DNA of 63,999 nt, counting the filler, from Vicugna vicugna (Eukaryota): the NCBI GenBank assembly GCA_013265495.1. It is 75 parts of 72 records of this genome, joined end to end, with 100 filler letters (N's around TTAATTAATTAA, not from the genome) between each part and the next. Parts side by side here need not be neighbours in the genome. Positions count along the whole stretch, not along the records: positions 24,602 to 25,361 come from PNXW01010630.1; positions 25,462 to 26,868 come from MU059699.1; positions 26,969 to 27,185 come from PNXW01010637.1; positions 27,286 to 28,539 come from MU059701.1; positions 28,640 to 29,374 come from MU059702.1; positions 29,475 to 30,302 come from MU059703.1; positions 30,403 to 31,169 come from PNXW01010651.1; positions 31,270 to 31,749 come from PNXW01010652.1; 67 more parts are not named here. One strand, given 5' to 3'. The notes beneath the pieces are model-generated. The model was not told the origin of the DNA, did not search any database, and saw only the letters and a program-made list of their open reading frames with translations. The position numbers and the translations under genes are program-made. Below are positions 24,602 to 37,390 of the stretch, piece after piece. Position 1 is the stretch's first letter; each line of letters starts with the position of its first letter.

Positions 24602-25361
24602 TACGGATTAAAGAATTTAGAACATATAATGCAGAACACATAATTTCGAATATAGAATACAAAATACTCAATATACAATTTAGAATATACAATGTATGAT
24701 ACAGCATATAGTATATAGAATACGGAATGCAGTATATTGAGTGTAGAATATAGAATGAATAACACAAAATATAGAATATATGTAAGAGAATATAGAAGTC
24801 AGAATTTAGAACATGGAATGCAGAACACAGAATTTAGAATACTGAATACAGAATACTGAATATAGAATTTAGAATACAGAATATAGATCAAAGAATATAG
24901 AATATACAAAATGAATGCAGAATATAGAATGTGGGATATAGAATGTAGAACAAAAAATATTGAATATATAAAAAATTATATAAAACTTAGAATTTAGTAA
25001 TGGAATGCCGAACACAGAATTTAGAATATAGAATACGGAATACTGAATATAGAATTTAGAATATGTAATGCAGAACACAGAATATAGGATATAGAATACT
25101 GAATGCAGAATATAGAATACAGTATATAGAATGAAGAACACACAATATAGAATATAGAATAGAAAAAGGACTTTAGAACATGGAAAGCAGAATACAGAAT
25201 TTAGAATAGAAAATACAGAATACTGAATATAGTATTTAGAATATAGAACGCAGAACACAGAATTAAGAATATAGAATACATAATACTGAATTACAAATTA
25301 GAACATGGAATGAAGGACACAGAATTTAGAATAGAGAATAGAGAATACTGGAGATAGTATA
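24602..25361 (-). repeat. SatC
   Basis: TATAGAA, TTTAGAA, CATGGAA heptamers. Confidence 0.95.
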
Positions 25362-25461
25362 NNNNNNNNNNNNNNNNNNNNNNNNNNNNNNNNNNNNNNN
25401 NNNNNTTAATTAATTAANNNNNNNNNNNNNNNNNNNNNNNNNNNNNNNNNNNNNNNNNNNN

Positions 25462-26868
25462 GCCTGTGCTCGTCTCCCCTGAGGATTTTCCTCATTTCTC
25501 TGTGCCGGGGAATGCTAGGGGCCGTTGCAGGAAAACCCAGTGACAGAGGCTGCCTCCCCAAGGTCAGGGAAGTTATTTCTCGGACTTCCTAGAGCAGGGA
25601 ACACCTGTGAGTGAAGAGAGCTACGTGGAGTTGTCTCTCGAGCTCCCCCACTCAATGACAATGTTTCCGGAATCCGGAGAGTGGGAAGGTTCAACCAACT
25701 GTCGGCAGCGCGTGGGTTCTAAGGGAATGCCTGTTCTCGTCTCCCCTGAGGGTTTTCCTCATGTCTCTGTGCCAGGGAATGCTAGGGTGGGTTGCAGGAA
25801 TTCCCAGTGNNNNNNNNNNNNNNNNNNNNNNNNNNNNNNNNNNNNNNNNNNNNNNNNNNNNNNNNNNNNNNNNNNNNNNNNNNNNNNNNNNNNNNNNNNN
25901 NNNNNNNNNNNNNNNNNNNNNNNNNNNNNNNNNNNNNNNNNNNNNNNNNNNNNNNNNNNNNNNNNNNNNNNNNNNNNNNNNNNNNNNNNNNNNNNNNNNN
26001 NNNNNNNNNNNNNNNNNNNNNNNNNNNNNNNNNNNNNNNNNNNNNNNNNNNNNNNNNNNNNNNNNNNNNNNNNNNNNNNNNNNNNNNNNNNNNNNNNNNN
26101 NNNNNNNNNNNNNNNNNNNNNNNNNNNNNNNNNNNNNNNNNNNNNNNNNNNNNNNNNNNNNNNNNNNNNNNNNNNNNNNNNNNNNNNNNNNNNNNNNNNN
26201 NNNNNNNNNNNNNNNNNNNNNNNNNNNNNNNNNNNNNNNNNNNNNNNNNNNNNNNNNNNNNNNNNNNNNNNNNNNNNNNNNNNNNNNNNNNNNNNNNNNN
26301 NNNNNNNNNNNNNNNNNNNNNNNNNNNNNNNNNNNNNNNNNNNNNNNNNNNNNNNNNNNNNNNNNNNNNNNNNNNNNNNNNNNNNNNNNNNNNNNNNNNN
26401 NNNNNNNNNNNNNNNNNNNNNNNNNNNNNNNNNNNNNNNNNNNNNNNNNNNNNNNNNNNNNNNNNNNNNNNNNNNNNNNNNNNNNNNNNNNNNNNNNNNN
26501 NNNNNNNNNNNNNNNNNNNNNNNNNNNNNNNNNNNNNNNNNNNNNNNNNNNNNNNNNNNNNNNNNNNNNNNNNNNNNNNNNNNNNNNNNNNNNNNNNNNN
26601 NNNNNNNNNNNNNNNNNNNNNNNNNNNNNNNNNNNNNNNNNNNNNNNNNNNNNNNNNNNNNNNNNNNNNNNNNNNNNNNNNNNNNNNNNNNNNNNNNNNN
26701 NNNNNNNNNNNNNNNNNNNNNNNNNNNNNNNNNNNNNNNNNNNNNNNNNNNNNNNNNNNNNNNNNNNNNNNNNNNNNNNNNNNNNNNNNNNNNNNNNNNN
26801 NNNNNNTTTTCCTCATGTCCCTCTGCTAGGGAATGCTAGGGGTGGTTGCAGGTAATCCCAGTGACAGA
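25462..26868 (-). repeat. SatA (about 1-kb internal gap)
   Basis: Reverse SatA motifs. Confidence 0.93.
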
Positions 26869-26968
26869 NNNNNNNNNNNNNNNNNNNNNNNNNNNNNNNN
26901 NNNNNNNNNNNNTTAATTAATTAANNNNNNNNNNNNNNNNNNNNNNNNNNNNNNNNNNNNNNNNNNNN

Positions 26969-27185
26969 TTCTTACAGAAGCCCTCAGTGGAAAAAATGGG
27001 ACAACAAATATATGTTTGTTCATTGTAACTCAGTACTGTGCTCTATGCTGGGATTGGAGACAACTTTGTAAAATGACTGTAAATCAATAAAGAAAACTTA
27101 AAAAAATGTTATTAAGTATTACAGGTGTAAATATACATTAGAGAGAAAAAGAAAACTATGCAAAAGAGCAGTAAAACCAAAGATT
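26969..27185 (+). mobile_element. LINE-1 3' end with A-tail abutting older L1 ORF2 sequence
   Basis: GACAACTTTGTAAAATGACTGTAAATCAATAAA plus A-rich tail; near-identical to the reverse complement of 35051-35190. Confidence 0.6.
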
Positions 27186-27286
27186 NNNNNNNNNNNNNNN
27201 NNNNNNNNNNNNNNNNNNNNNNNNNNNNNTTAATTAATTAANNNNNNNNNNNNNNNNNNNNNNNNNNNNNNNNNNNNNNNNNNNNC

Positions 27287-27466
<180 letters not shown>

Positions 27467-27895
27467 GGCTGGCTGAAGGATACTGGGGAGAGGGCACTAG
27501 ACATCCTGGACAAACCATTCTCCCACGTAACTCCAAGTGTCTCTGAGCACGGGTCCTGCTGGCTAGGTAAGTGGGAGCCCTGCCGTCCTTCCTGCTTCCT
27601 CCTCATCCTCCTTGTGGGAGAAGCAACTGTTTAAGNNNNNNNNNNNNNNNNNNNNNNNNNNNNNNNNNNNNNNNNNNNNNNNNNNNNNNNNNNNNNNNNN
27701 NNNNNNNNNNNNNNNNNNNNNNNNNNNNNNNNNNNNNNNNNNNNNNNNNNNNNNNNNNNNNNNNNNNNNNNNNNNNNNNNNNNNNNNNNNNNNNNNNNNN
27801 NNNNNNNNNNNNNNNNNNNNNNNNNNNNNNNNNNNNNNNNNNNNNNNNNNNNNNNNNNNNNNNNNNNNNNNNNNNNNNNNNNNNNNNNNNNNNNN

Positions 27896-27924
<29 letters not shown>
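27896..27924. repeat. (TG)n microsatellite
   Basis: Perfect TG run at a gap edge. Confidence 0.95.
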
Positions 27925-27927
<3 letters not shown>

Positions 27928-28087
27928 GAGGAACGGGGCTAGCTCAAACTTATGCTATACTTAGTCAGTCCCTTCTTTTCAAGGCAACCATTGCGTTTTT
28001 CCAGGCTTCAGATTATTATTATTTCTATACATACTAGCTCTCACATTCTGCTCCCCACTGTGAGTCTCTGTGGTGAACACAGCCATC

Positions 28088-28190
28088 GTAGAGCACAGAG
28101 CTTAAGTGACAAAGTGTGGAGCCTGGGTTCAGACCCTGCCTCCTCCACTCACTAGCTGAGTGCCCAGAGCCATTTCTTTGTGCCTCAGGG
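28088..28190 (+). mobile_element. MIR SINE fragment
   Basis: CCTGGGTTCAGACCCTGCCTCCTCCACTCACTAGCTGAGTG...TGTGCCTCAG resembles the MIR core. Confidence 0.6.
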
Positions 28191-28639
28191 CTAGTGGTAG
28201 GACCTCCAGCTGTTTGGGGGTGTTTAGACAAGTTAATTCACAGAAGGTTAGTCTTACGATTATTAATGTTGATTCCCTTTCATACCTCTCATCAAGCAGT
28301 TTTATCTCCAGTCCTCAAATCTGACCTGGTCCAGTGCAAAATTACTGAGGACTCCTTGCAAAATTTACTTAGGTCCCAGGGGTCCGTGTTTCAGTCCCCC
28401 AGTACTACTTGCTGTCTTCTTGTCCCCTTATTAGATGTGTTTCCCTGCTCATTCATCTGTCACCACAATTTTGAATTAGTATCTCCATTGCATATATGTG
28501 TTTTTTATTAGTCTTCCCTTCCCCGAGCTCAGGGCAACCNNNNNNNNNNNNNNNNNNNNNNNNNNNNNNNNNNNNNNNNNNNNTTAATTAATTAANNNNN
28601 NNNNNNNNNNNNNNNNNNNNNNNNNNNNNNNNNNNNNNN

Positions 28640-29374
28640 CGCACAGACAATGGTTCCGGAATACTGAGTGTGGGGAGGTTCCACTAACGGTCGGCAGCGA
28701 TTTTTTTCTAACGGAATGCATAAGCTCGTCTCCCCTGAGGGTTTTCCTAATGTCTATGGGCCAGGGAATGCTAGGGGTGATTGCAGGATATCCCAGTGAC
28801 CGAGGCTGCCTCCCCAAGGACAGGAAAGATATTTCNNNNNNNNNNNNNNNNNNNNNNNNNNNNNNNNNNNNNNNNNNNNNNNNNNNNNNNNNNNNNNNNN
28901 NNNNNNNNNNNNNNNNNNNNNNNNNNNNNNNNNNNNNNNNNNNNNNNNNNNNNNNNNNNNNNNNNNNNNNNNNNNNNNNNNNNNNNNNNNNNNNNNNNNN
29001 NNNNNNNNNNNNNNNNNNNNNNNNNNNNNNNNNNNNNNNNNNNNNNNNNNNNNNNNNNNNNNNNNNNNNNNNNNNNNNNNNNNNNNNNNNNNNNNNNNNN
29101 NNNNNNNNNNNNNNNNNNNNNNNNNNNNNNNNNNNNNNNNNNNNNNNNNNNNNNNNNNNNNNNNNNNNNNNNNNNNNNNNNNNNNNNNNNNNNNNNNNNN
29201 NNNNNNNNNNNNNNNNNNNNNNNNNNNNNNNNNNNNNNNNNNNNNNNNNNNNNNNNNNNNNNNNNNNNNNNNNNNNNNNNNNNNNNNNNNNNNNNNNNNN
29301 NNNNNNNNNNNNNNNNNNNNNNNNGCTGTCTCCCCAAGTTCAGGGAAGGTATTTCCCGGACTTCCTCGAACAGG
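28640..29374 (-). repeat. SatA (gapped)
   Basis: Reverse SatA motifs. Confidence 0.93.
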
Positions 29375-30519
29375 NNNNNNNNNNNNNNNNNNNNNNNNNN
29401 NNNNNNNNNNNNNNNNNNTTAATTAATTAANNNNNNNNNNNNNNNNNNNNNNNNNNNNNNNNNNNNNNNNNNNNTCTTAGCTCAGCCAACATTTGGAACA
29501 GAAGAGCTAATTTCCAGTGAAGCCCAGGACTTTGTTGAACTCGTTCGAGTGAGATCTGATAGGATTTAGGTTTGTTTTCAGATCTGGATGTTTACTTAGC
29601 TAGAAACGTCCTGTCATTTCGATTTCCATAGTGGTTTTTATTCTTGATAAAGATTGCTTTCTTGCTGAGAGGAAATTTAATACAGCTGTTGTCTTTTTCA
29701 AAAAAAATCATATCTTTTAAGAACTTTAATATTCAAAAGAACAGGAATATATAAAATTGTTAAAGTAAGTGTTTGGTGTAGTTTCTTTGCTTTCTGAGCT
29801 AATGTGGAGTTAGAGCCTTTGCATTACTTAATAGCACATCCTTGTCAGTATTTAAAGAGCTGTTACTGAGTGCCCTAGGCCCCACCTCTCAAAGAATCAT
29901 TAAAGTTTGCTGTGAAATAGTGAGGTCATAAAGGTCTTGTTTGCAGAAATCAAAGAGTTGGTTTATAATACGCAGCATAACTCTATTTACAAAATAATAA
30001 TATGTTCAAAATTAACAAAGTGGAGGACAATTAATTTTTTTTAAAGCTGAAACATAAACTTTCTTGTGATAATGTTGCAACTGGAGATTTTGAAANNNNN
30101 NNNNNNNNNNNNNNNNNNNNNNNNNNNNNNNNNNNNNNNNNNNNNNNNNNNNNNNNNNNNNNNNNNNNNNAAAGTCAGGAGCATTCCAGCTCAGATACTG
30201 GCAGTGATGGTTGCTGGTTTTCAATGGTATAGCCTAAATTTGCCTTCTTAGCTTTTGTTTTTTTTTTGTAGTGAGCGGGTTGAGTAGTGCTTTGCCAGCA
30301 TGNNNNNNNNNNNNNNNNNNNNNNNNNNNNNNNNNNNNNNNNNNNNTTAATTAATTAANNNNNNNNNNNNNNNNNNNNNNNNNNNNNNNNNNNNNNNNNN
30401 NNGATGTTACTGACGCTAATGCCCTCACTCTCCTTGGCTGTACATTGCACCTGCATGGAACCGGGTAACAAATGGTCCATGTACCAACCTGTATTTTCAG
30501 CTTACAGGTGAATTCGGCC

Positions 30520-31169
30520 ACAATCTCCAACAAATAGCAGAAACCCTGGGAACTCTGCAAAATCAGATTGACTCTCTGGCCGAGGTGGTCTTACAAAACA
30601 GGAGGGGTCTATCCCTTACTCACGGCCAAAGAGGGGGGACTATGCCTCTTCCTAAAACAAAGAGTGCTGTTTTTATGCCAGTCCATCAGGAATTGTCAGA
30701 AGGATGGTTCAAGAGTTACAAGACCGAGTAAAAAGAGAAAACATATTTTAGATAAGAGCCCGTGAACAGGCCCCTGGGGCTGGACCTCCTGGCTGGCACC
30801 ATTCATAGGTCCCTTGCTAGTGAACAGGCCCCTGGGGCTGGACCTCCTGGCTGGCACCATTCATAGGTCCCTTGCTCCTGATTTTTGCAGTTCTGCTATT
30901 TGGGCCCTGTGTCCTAAACTTCCTGACCCGCTTTGTCAATGAGTGGATAGAGGCTATAAAACTTCAGATGCTAGCCTCCAATTATGAGCCCCTATAACAG
31001 ATAATGATGATGCTTACTCCAACTAGGGTTGTAAAAGCATCAAGAGAGGAGAATGTGAAGGAAAAGCTGGGCTGGGCTAACAAGATAACTCACAAATCTA
31101 AGTATCAGAATATGATCTGAGTTCTGCTGGACTACTCATAAATTTAAGTTAATTAGTGTTGGTTTGCTG
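30520..31169 (+). mobile_element. Decayed gamma-type (ERV1) env TM region, polypurine tract and start of 3' LTR
   Basis: LQNQIDSLAEVVLQNRRGL / LLTAKEGGLCLFL / ECCFY (immunosuppressive domain and CX6CC, split by frameshifts), TM segment PLLLIFAVLLFGPCVLNFL, PPT AAGAGAGGAGAA, then TG at 31054. Confidence 0.88.
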
Positions 31170-31269
31170 NNNNNNNNNNNNNNNNNNNNNNNNNNNNNNN
31201 NNNNNNNNNNNNNTTAATTAATTAANNNNNNNNNNNNNNNNNNNNNNNNNNNNNNNNNNNNNNNNNNNN

Positions 31270-31749
31270 ACTATGCTCTAAATTCTATATTCAGTATTCT
31301 GTTTTCTTTATTCTTAATTCTGTGTTCTGCATTCTTTTCTTAATTCTATATTCAGTATTCTGCATTCTATATATTAAAAATCTGTGTTCTGCATTCCTTT
31401 TTATAAACTGTTTATTCAGTATTCTGCATTCTATATTCTAATTTCTGTGCTCTGCATTCCATGTTCTCAATTCTGGGTTTGTATTCTGTTTCTCATATTC
31501 TATATACTGTGTTCTTCATTCTATATTCTGTATTCAATATTCTGCATTCCGTATTCTACATTCCATATTCTGTGTTCTACATTCTATTTTCTAAATTCGA
31601 TATTCAGTATTCTGTATTCTATATTCTGTGTTCCAAGTTCCACATGATCTAAATTAAGTTTCTATATCCTCTATTCTATAATTTGTGCTCATTATTCTAT
31701 ATTGTATAATCTATATTCTGTGTTCTACATTCTATATTCTAAATTCTAT
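31270..31749 (+). repeat. SatC
   Basis: TTCnnnn heptamers. Confidence 0.95.
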
Positions 31750-32327
31750 NNNNNNNNNNNNNNNNNNNNNNNNNNNNNNNNNNNNNNNNNNNNTTAATTA
31801 ATTAANNNNNNNNNNNNNNNNNNNNNNNNNNNNNNNNNNNNNNNNNNNNCACTTCTTTCTGACTTTCTTTGAGAAATTATTATATAACATTATCTACTTA
31901 AAAATAGAATATTCCCAACTTAAAAATAAGAATGAAAAAAATGCTTGTAATTTTATCATCTGACGTGGCCTTTTTTAATTCCTGTGTTGTTGTCCAGCCT
32001 TTTTTCATATCTACACCTATTTTAATGTCTTTTCTGATAGTTATAAACAGTTGCACATTTTGTTTTCCTAAGCTTCAGTTTGCACTTGTTTCACAGGCTG
32101 ATACAAAGTCTTCTGAATCATCAATCTAATGATCGCAGTATGTCAAGTCAATGTCCTACGTCTTCTTGGACACTTGGGTGACTTCCAATTGGTCCCCGTG
32201 ACTGGTGATGCACAAACGTTTTTCTAGGCTTGGGTTCTTTGGGATCACTTCCTCTTTGTAAATATTTACATAGTGACTTTGTGAGGTATTTCTTGGTAAT
32301 CCCGACAAGGTTGTGAGACAAAATTAC

Positions 32328-32398
32328 CTGCTGATGGTGGTGGTCACCTTTTCAGAGTAGACGCCTTCTGGTACTGGTTCATACACCGCCTCCACGAT
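32328..32398 (-). CDS. NEK10: NEK10-like exon, copy 2 (71 bp, IVEAVYEPVPEGVYSEKVTTTISR); functional status unknown
   Basis: ctctgtatggcag|ATC...AGC AG|gtaatt; flanking introns align with 16520-17215. Confidence 0.85.
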
Positions 32399-33769
32399 CT
32401 GCCATACAGAGGAGAGTGATGGATGTAAAGGACCTACGGTGCCTCTAGGGGGTGGTCCTTGGCCACAAAACTAGAGTTACTCAACAGGCATCGTAACCTC
32501 GTGCACACATTTTCATCAGAAACAAAACAGAAAAATTCNNNNNNNNNNNNNNNNNNNNNNNNNNNNNNNNNNNNNNNNNNNNTTAATTAATTAANNNNNN
32601 NNNNNNNNNNNNNNNNNNNNNNNNNNNNNNNNNNNNNNAGCTTCAGAGGGGGAGGTGGAAACTGAGTGCACTTTGTGTATTGTCACCACTGCTTCCATGG
32701 CCGTGGTGTGGGACGGCTGTGGCAGTCAAAGGCTAATGGGCCCCTCCTCTGTGATGGCACAGTGAATGAAGAAGCCATTTCTGAACAAAACCCGCTGCTA
32801 AAGATTACATCACAAATGGGAAAAATAGGTCACAAATGCCTCATTTAGGATTCAGACTAGGGACAAAGTGGCTTCTTTCTGCTCATGGAGAAGTATACAA
32901 ATGTNNNNNNNNNNNNNNNNNNNNNNNNNNNNNNNNNNNNNNNNNNNNNNNNNNNNNNNNNNNNNNNNNNNNNNNNNNNNNNNNNNNNNNNNNNNNNNNN
33001 NNNNNNNNNNNNNNNNNNNNNNNNNNNNNNNNNNNNNNNNNNNNNNNNNNNNNNNNNNNNNNNNNNNNNNNNNNNNNNNNNNNNNNNNNNNNNGAGTCTG
33101 TTTGAATGATGAGCTACTTAAAACAACAATAAGAGTGAAAACTCATAGAGAAAGGGGAGATTAATTCTGGATGAGGAAACAAAGTTTCAGTGAAGGAGCT
33201 AGTTAATATGTCAAGCAGAAGCTCTCTTTAGCTCACACGAGGCGAGGCCTGCCTCCATGATTGTAGGGTTTCATAAGGGCATAAACCACCATGGCTTAAA
33301 ATATCAAGGGGGCAGAGCATCCTTCAGCAGCTAAATGAACCTGACTTTCAGACAGGTTGAAAGCAAAGATGATCCTGTATTCCTACAGCTGTCAAACAGG
33401 ACAAAGGGACTTCTGTCACCAAGTTGTGATAATCAGAGATAAGCAAATTTCCTTCTGCCTAGTTGGTTTAAATTGCTGGTGAGTTAGTTTCCTTATTTAA
33501 GAATAGAAATATCTACCAGCACCCACAGTCTAGGAGACTGCAGAACGTCGATTATGGAAAGAACCTTAGAAATGGTTCATTGCATCCTCATAGCTGAGAA
33601 AAATCATGGCCTCAAATGTTAGCAGACTTGTTCCAAGTTGCAAAGCTCAACTCAGGGGTTTGTTGAAGANNNNNNNNNNNNNNNNNNNNNNNNNNNNNNN
33701 NNNNNNNNNNNNNTTAATTAATTAANNNNNNNNNNNNNNNNNNNNNNNNNNNNNNNNNNNNNNNNNNNN

Positions 33770-34638
33770 AATCACCCCTAGCATTCCCTGGCACAGAGAA
33801 ATTAGGAAAACACGGGGGGATAGATGAGCTTAGGCATTCAGTTAGAACCCACGCGCTGCCGACCGTTGGTGGAACCTCCACACGCTCAGGATTCCGGAAA
33901 CATTGTCAGTGCGTGGGGGAGCTCGAGAAACAACTCCACGCAGCTCTCTTCATTCACAGGTGTACCCAGTTCGGGGAAGTCCGGGAAATATCTTCCCTGA
34001 TCTTGGGGAGGCAGCGTATGTCACTGGGATATCCTGCAAGCCCCCCTACCATTCCCTGGCACATAGACATTAGGAAAACCCTCAGGGGAGACGAGCTTAG
34101 GCATTCCGTTAGAACCCACGCGCTTCCGACCGTTGGTGGAACCTCCCCACGCTCAGGATTCCGGAACCATTGTCAGTGCGTGGGGGAGCTCGAGAGACAA
34201 CTCCACGCAGCTCTCTTCATTCACAGGGGTTCCCAGGAAATACATTCCCTAACCTTGGGGATTCAGCGTATGTCACTGGGATATCCTGCAAACCCCCCTA
34301 CCATTCCCTGGCACAGCGACATTAGGAAAACCCTCAGGGGAGACGAGCTTAGGCATTCCGTTAGAACCCACGCGCTGCCGACCGTTGGTGGAACCTCCCC
34401 ACGCTCAGGATTCCGGAACCATTGTCAGTGCGTGGGGGAGCTCGAGAGACAACTCCACGCAGCTCTCTTCATTCACAGGGGTTCCCTGTTCGGGGAAGTG
34501 CGGGAAATACATTCCCTAACCTTGGGGATTCAGCGTATGTCACTGGGATATCCTGCAATCACCCCTAGCATTCCCTGGCACAGACATATTATTAAAATCC
34601 TCAGGGGAGACGAGCTTAGGCATTCCGTTACAACCCAC
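33770..34638 (+). repeat. SatA
   Basis: About three homogeneous monomers, one with a 15-bp net deletion near 34233. Confidence 0.95.
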
Positions 34639-34738
34639 NNNNNNNNNNNNNNNNNNNNNNNNNNNNNNNNNNNNNNNNNNNNTTAATTAATTAANNNNNN
34701 NNNNNNNNNNNNNNNNNNNNNNNNNNNNNNNNNNNNNN

Positions 34739-35190
34739 ATTTGTTTAAATCTGCACTTCTATTTAACGATTTTTTTAAATGCAAATTATTTCTTCTAGTA
34801 AACAGTTTGTTCAAATTATTTGTTTCTACTTATTTCTGTCCCTTTCTAGACATTTGTCTATTTCTTCTAAGTTGTCCAGTTTATTTGAATGTGTTGACAA
34901 AATGATCCCTTTTTTGTATATTTGAAGAAATTATTGTTATTTCTCTTCTTTTATTTCTTACTTTATTTCTTTGGGGTATCTCTCTATTCTTCATGATGCA
35001 CCTGGCTAGAGGTTTTTTGATTTTGCTTATCTTAAAAAGAAAACAAAAAAAATCTTTGGTTTTACTGCTCTTTTGCATAGTTTTCTTTTTCTCTCTAATG
35101 TAAATTACACCTGTAATACTTAATAACATTTTTTTAAGTTTTCTATATTGATTTACAGTCATTTTACAAAGTTGTCTCCAATCCCAGCAT
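34739..35190 (-). mobile_element. Old LINE-1 ORF2 fragment next to an L1 3' end
   Basis: Minus strand reads SKTKDFF..FKISKIKKPLARCIMKNRE..NKVRNKRREIT, a degenerate ORF2 linker. Confidence 0.75.
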
Positions 35191-35290
35191 NNNNNNNNNN
35201 NNNNNNNNNNNNNNNNNNNNNNNNNNNNNNNNNNTTAATTAATTAANNNNNNNNNNNNNNNNNNNNNNNNNNNNNNNNNNNNNNNNNNNN

Positions 35291-36358
35291 CACATGCTCA
35301 CAACTCAGAGACTCATGTTTTCGTATATGTCATGCTTAAAGCATGTACGAAACCCGAAATGCCATGTTGAGGGAATTCATGTAAATTACATATCTATTTC
35401 ATTGGAATCGCTCCAGAAGTATTTTTCTGTGAAAAATGCAAGAATTCGACACTGGTGTTAGGGAAAGCTTGTGAAAATTAGTACACGTGTCTAGATAAAA
35501 ATTTCCTTTTATAGAGGATGAAAGATCAGTAATGAACATGCTCTCAACTCAGGAATGCATGTTTGTCGAATCCGTCATTCATGTAGCATTTACTGAGCAC
35601 GGAATCTCATGTTNNNNNNNNNNNNNNNNNNNNNNNNNNNNNNNNNNNNNNNNNNNNNNNNNNNNNNNNNNNNNNNNNNNNNNNNNNNNNNNNNNNNNNN
35701 NNNNNNNNNNNNNNNNNNNNNNNNNNNNNNNNNNNNNNNNNNNNNNNNNNNNNNNNNNNNNNNNNNNNNNNNNNNNNNNNNNNNNNNNNNNNNNNNNNNN
35801 NNNNNNNNNNNNNNNNNNNNNNNNNNNNNNNNNNNNNNNNNNNNNNNNNNNNNNNNNNNNNNNNNNNNNNNNNNNNNNNNNNNNNNNNNNNNNNNNNNNN
35901 NNNNNNNNNNNNNNNNNNNNNNNNNNNNNNNNNNNNNNNNNNNNNNNNNNNNNNNNNNNNNNNNNNNNNNNNNNNNNNNNNNNNNNNNNNNNNNNNNNNN
36001 NNNNNNNNNNNNNNNNNNNNNNNNNNNNNNNNNNNNNNNNNNNNNNNNNNNNNNNNNNNNNNNNNNNNNNNNNNNNNNNNNNNNNNNNNNNNNNNNNNNN
36101 NNNNNNNAGCCCGGAATCCATGTTGACGGAATTCATGTAAATTACATATCTGTTAGGTGGAATTCGCTCTACAAGTATTTTTCTGTGAAAAAACAAGAGT
36201 TCAAAACTGGTGTTAGGGATAGCTTGTGAAAATGAGTACATGTGTCCAGATGAAAACATTCCATTTATAGAGAATGAAAGATCAGTAATGAACATGGTCT
36301 CAACTCAGGAATACATGTTTGTCGAATTCATCATGCCTGTAGCATGTACGGAACAATG
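35291..36358 (-). repeat. SatB
   Basis: Reverse SatB motifs. Confidence 0.92.
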
Positions 36359-37154
36359 NNNNNNNNNNNNNNNNNNNNNNNNNNNNNNNNNNNNNNNNNN
36401 NNTTAATTAATTAANNNNNNNNNNNNNNNNNNNNNNNNNNNNNNNNNNNNNNNNNNNNTTTTGTTTATTTACAGAGGTGGATTTTCCTATCACCTCTGAA
36501 TGCATTTTGTAATTAATACAGCAAATATCTGTTTTTGCAGTGCTTAATTATTTCATAAACTATTTATTGGCTTAAGCAGAAACAATGACAAAGAGTGATA
36601 ATAAAAAAGTATGAGAAACTTCCTTCCTTTGAAAAATAGAAATGAGGTGGTCAGCCTCACCCATGCTTTGTGCCTGACACACTCTCATGTCATTGTGTAT
36701 CTTGATTCTTAGATGGAGTTGCTTCAGGTTTGTAGATTATTGTTTGAACACTTTTGTTGAATCCTTTCTTGAGGCTGATGTATCCTGTTGGGTGTGTGGA
36801 AAGAGACGTAGAAGGGAAACAAATTCTTTTTTTTGTTTTCAGGAGGCCTGAGTTGATGAGAAAAGAGTTGAGGGTGGGCTGAAAAACAGAGTGACACTCC
36901 CTCTCCTCCCAGCTGAAATTGATACACAAAAAATCAATCAATTGTATAGGTAGTTGACCAACAGAAGTTAGTGTGCCCAAACTGTCTAGATATGCCCAAA
37001 GGAAAGTATTGAATTCAGCTGCAGAATTATGTGCTTTACCAAGATGAAGCAGCTNNNNNNNNNNNNNNNNNNNNNNNNNNNNNNNNNNNNNNNNNNNNTT
37101 AATTAATTAANNNNNNNNNNNNNNNNNNNNNNNNNNNNNNNNNNNNNNNNNNNN

Positions 37155-37390
37155 GCCATTGGCGGAGGCCGCTGCCTCTGGCTGTCAATCCCGCGGCCCT
37201 GCCCCGCCCCACCAGCCGAGCGTGGCAGGACGCAGAGCCGCGGGGACTGGCGGGACGGCTCCAAGATGGCCGCGCTTGGGGTCCGCACCTGCTGGCGTCC
37301 CCGAGCCCCGTTCACTGCCACCGCTGCTGACCGGAGCCGCCGGTCGGCCCGGCGACTCCGGGGGCTGTCCCCGCGTGGCGGGAGGCCGCC
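37155..37390 (+). promoter_or_regulatory. HTT: HTT-like CpG-island proximal promoter and 5' UTR with upstream ATG
   Basis: Blocks colinear with the recalled HTT 5' region: GCCATTGGC, GGCTGTCAATC, GC box GCCCCGCCCC (37201-37210), CCAAGATGG (uATG 37266), GAGCCCC.TTCA.TGCC, GTCGGCCCG, GGCGGGAGGCCGCC-ATG. Confidence 0.88.

Noticed and set aside
25607..26855. Long ORFs of 340-410 aa, and all similar X-filled ORFs
   Set aside because: They consist almost entirely of N-gap codons flanked by satellite.
32639..32790. Possible minus-strand exon after ttttgttcag, next to the NEK10 contig
   Set aside because: No frame matched NEK10 or any protein I recognise, and the adjacency is artificial.
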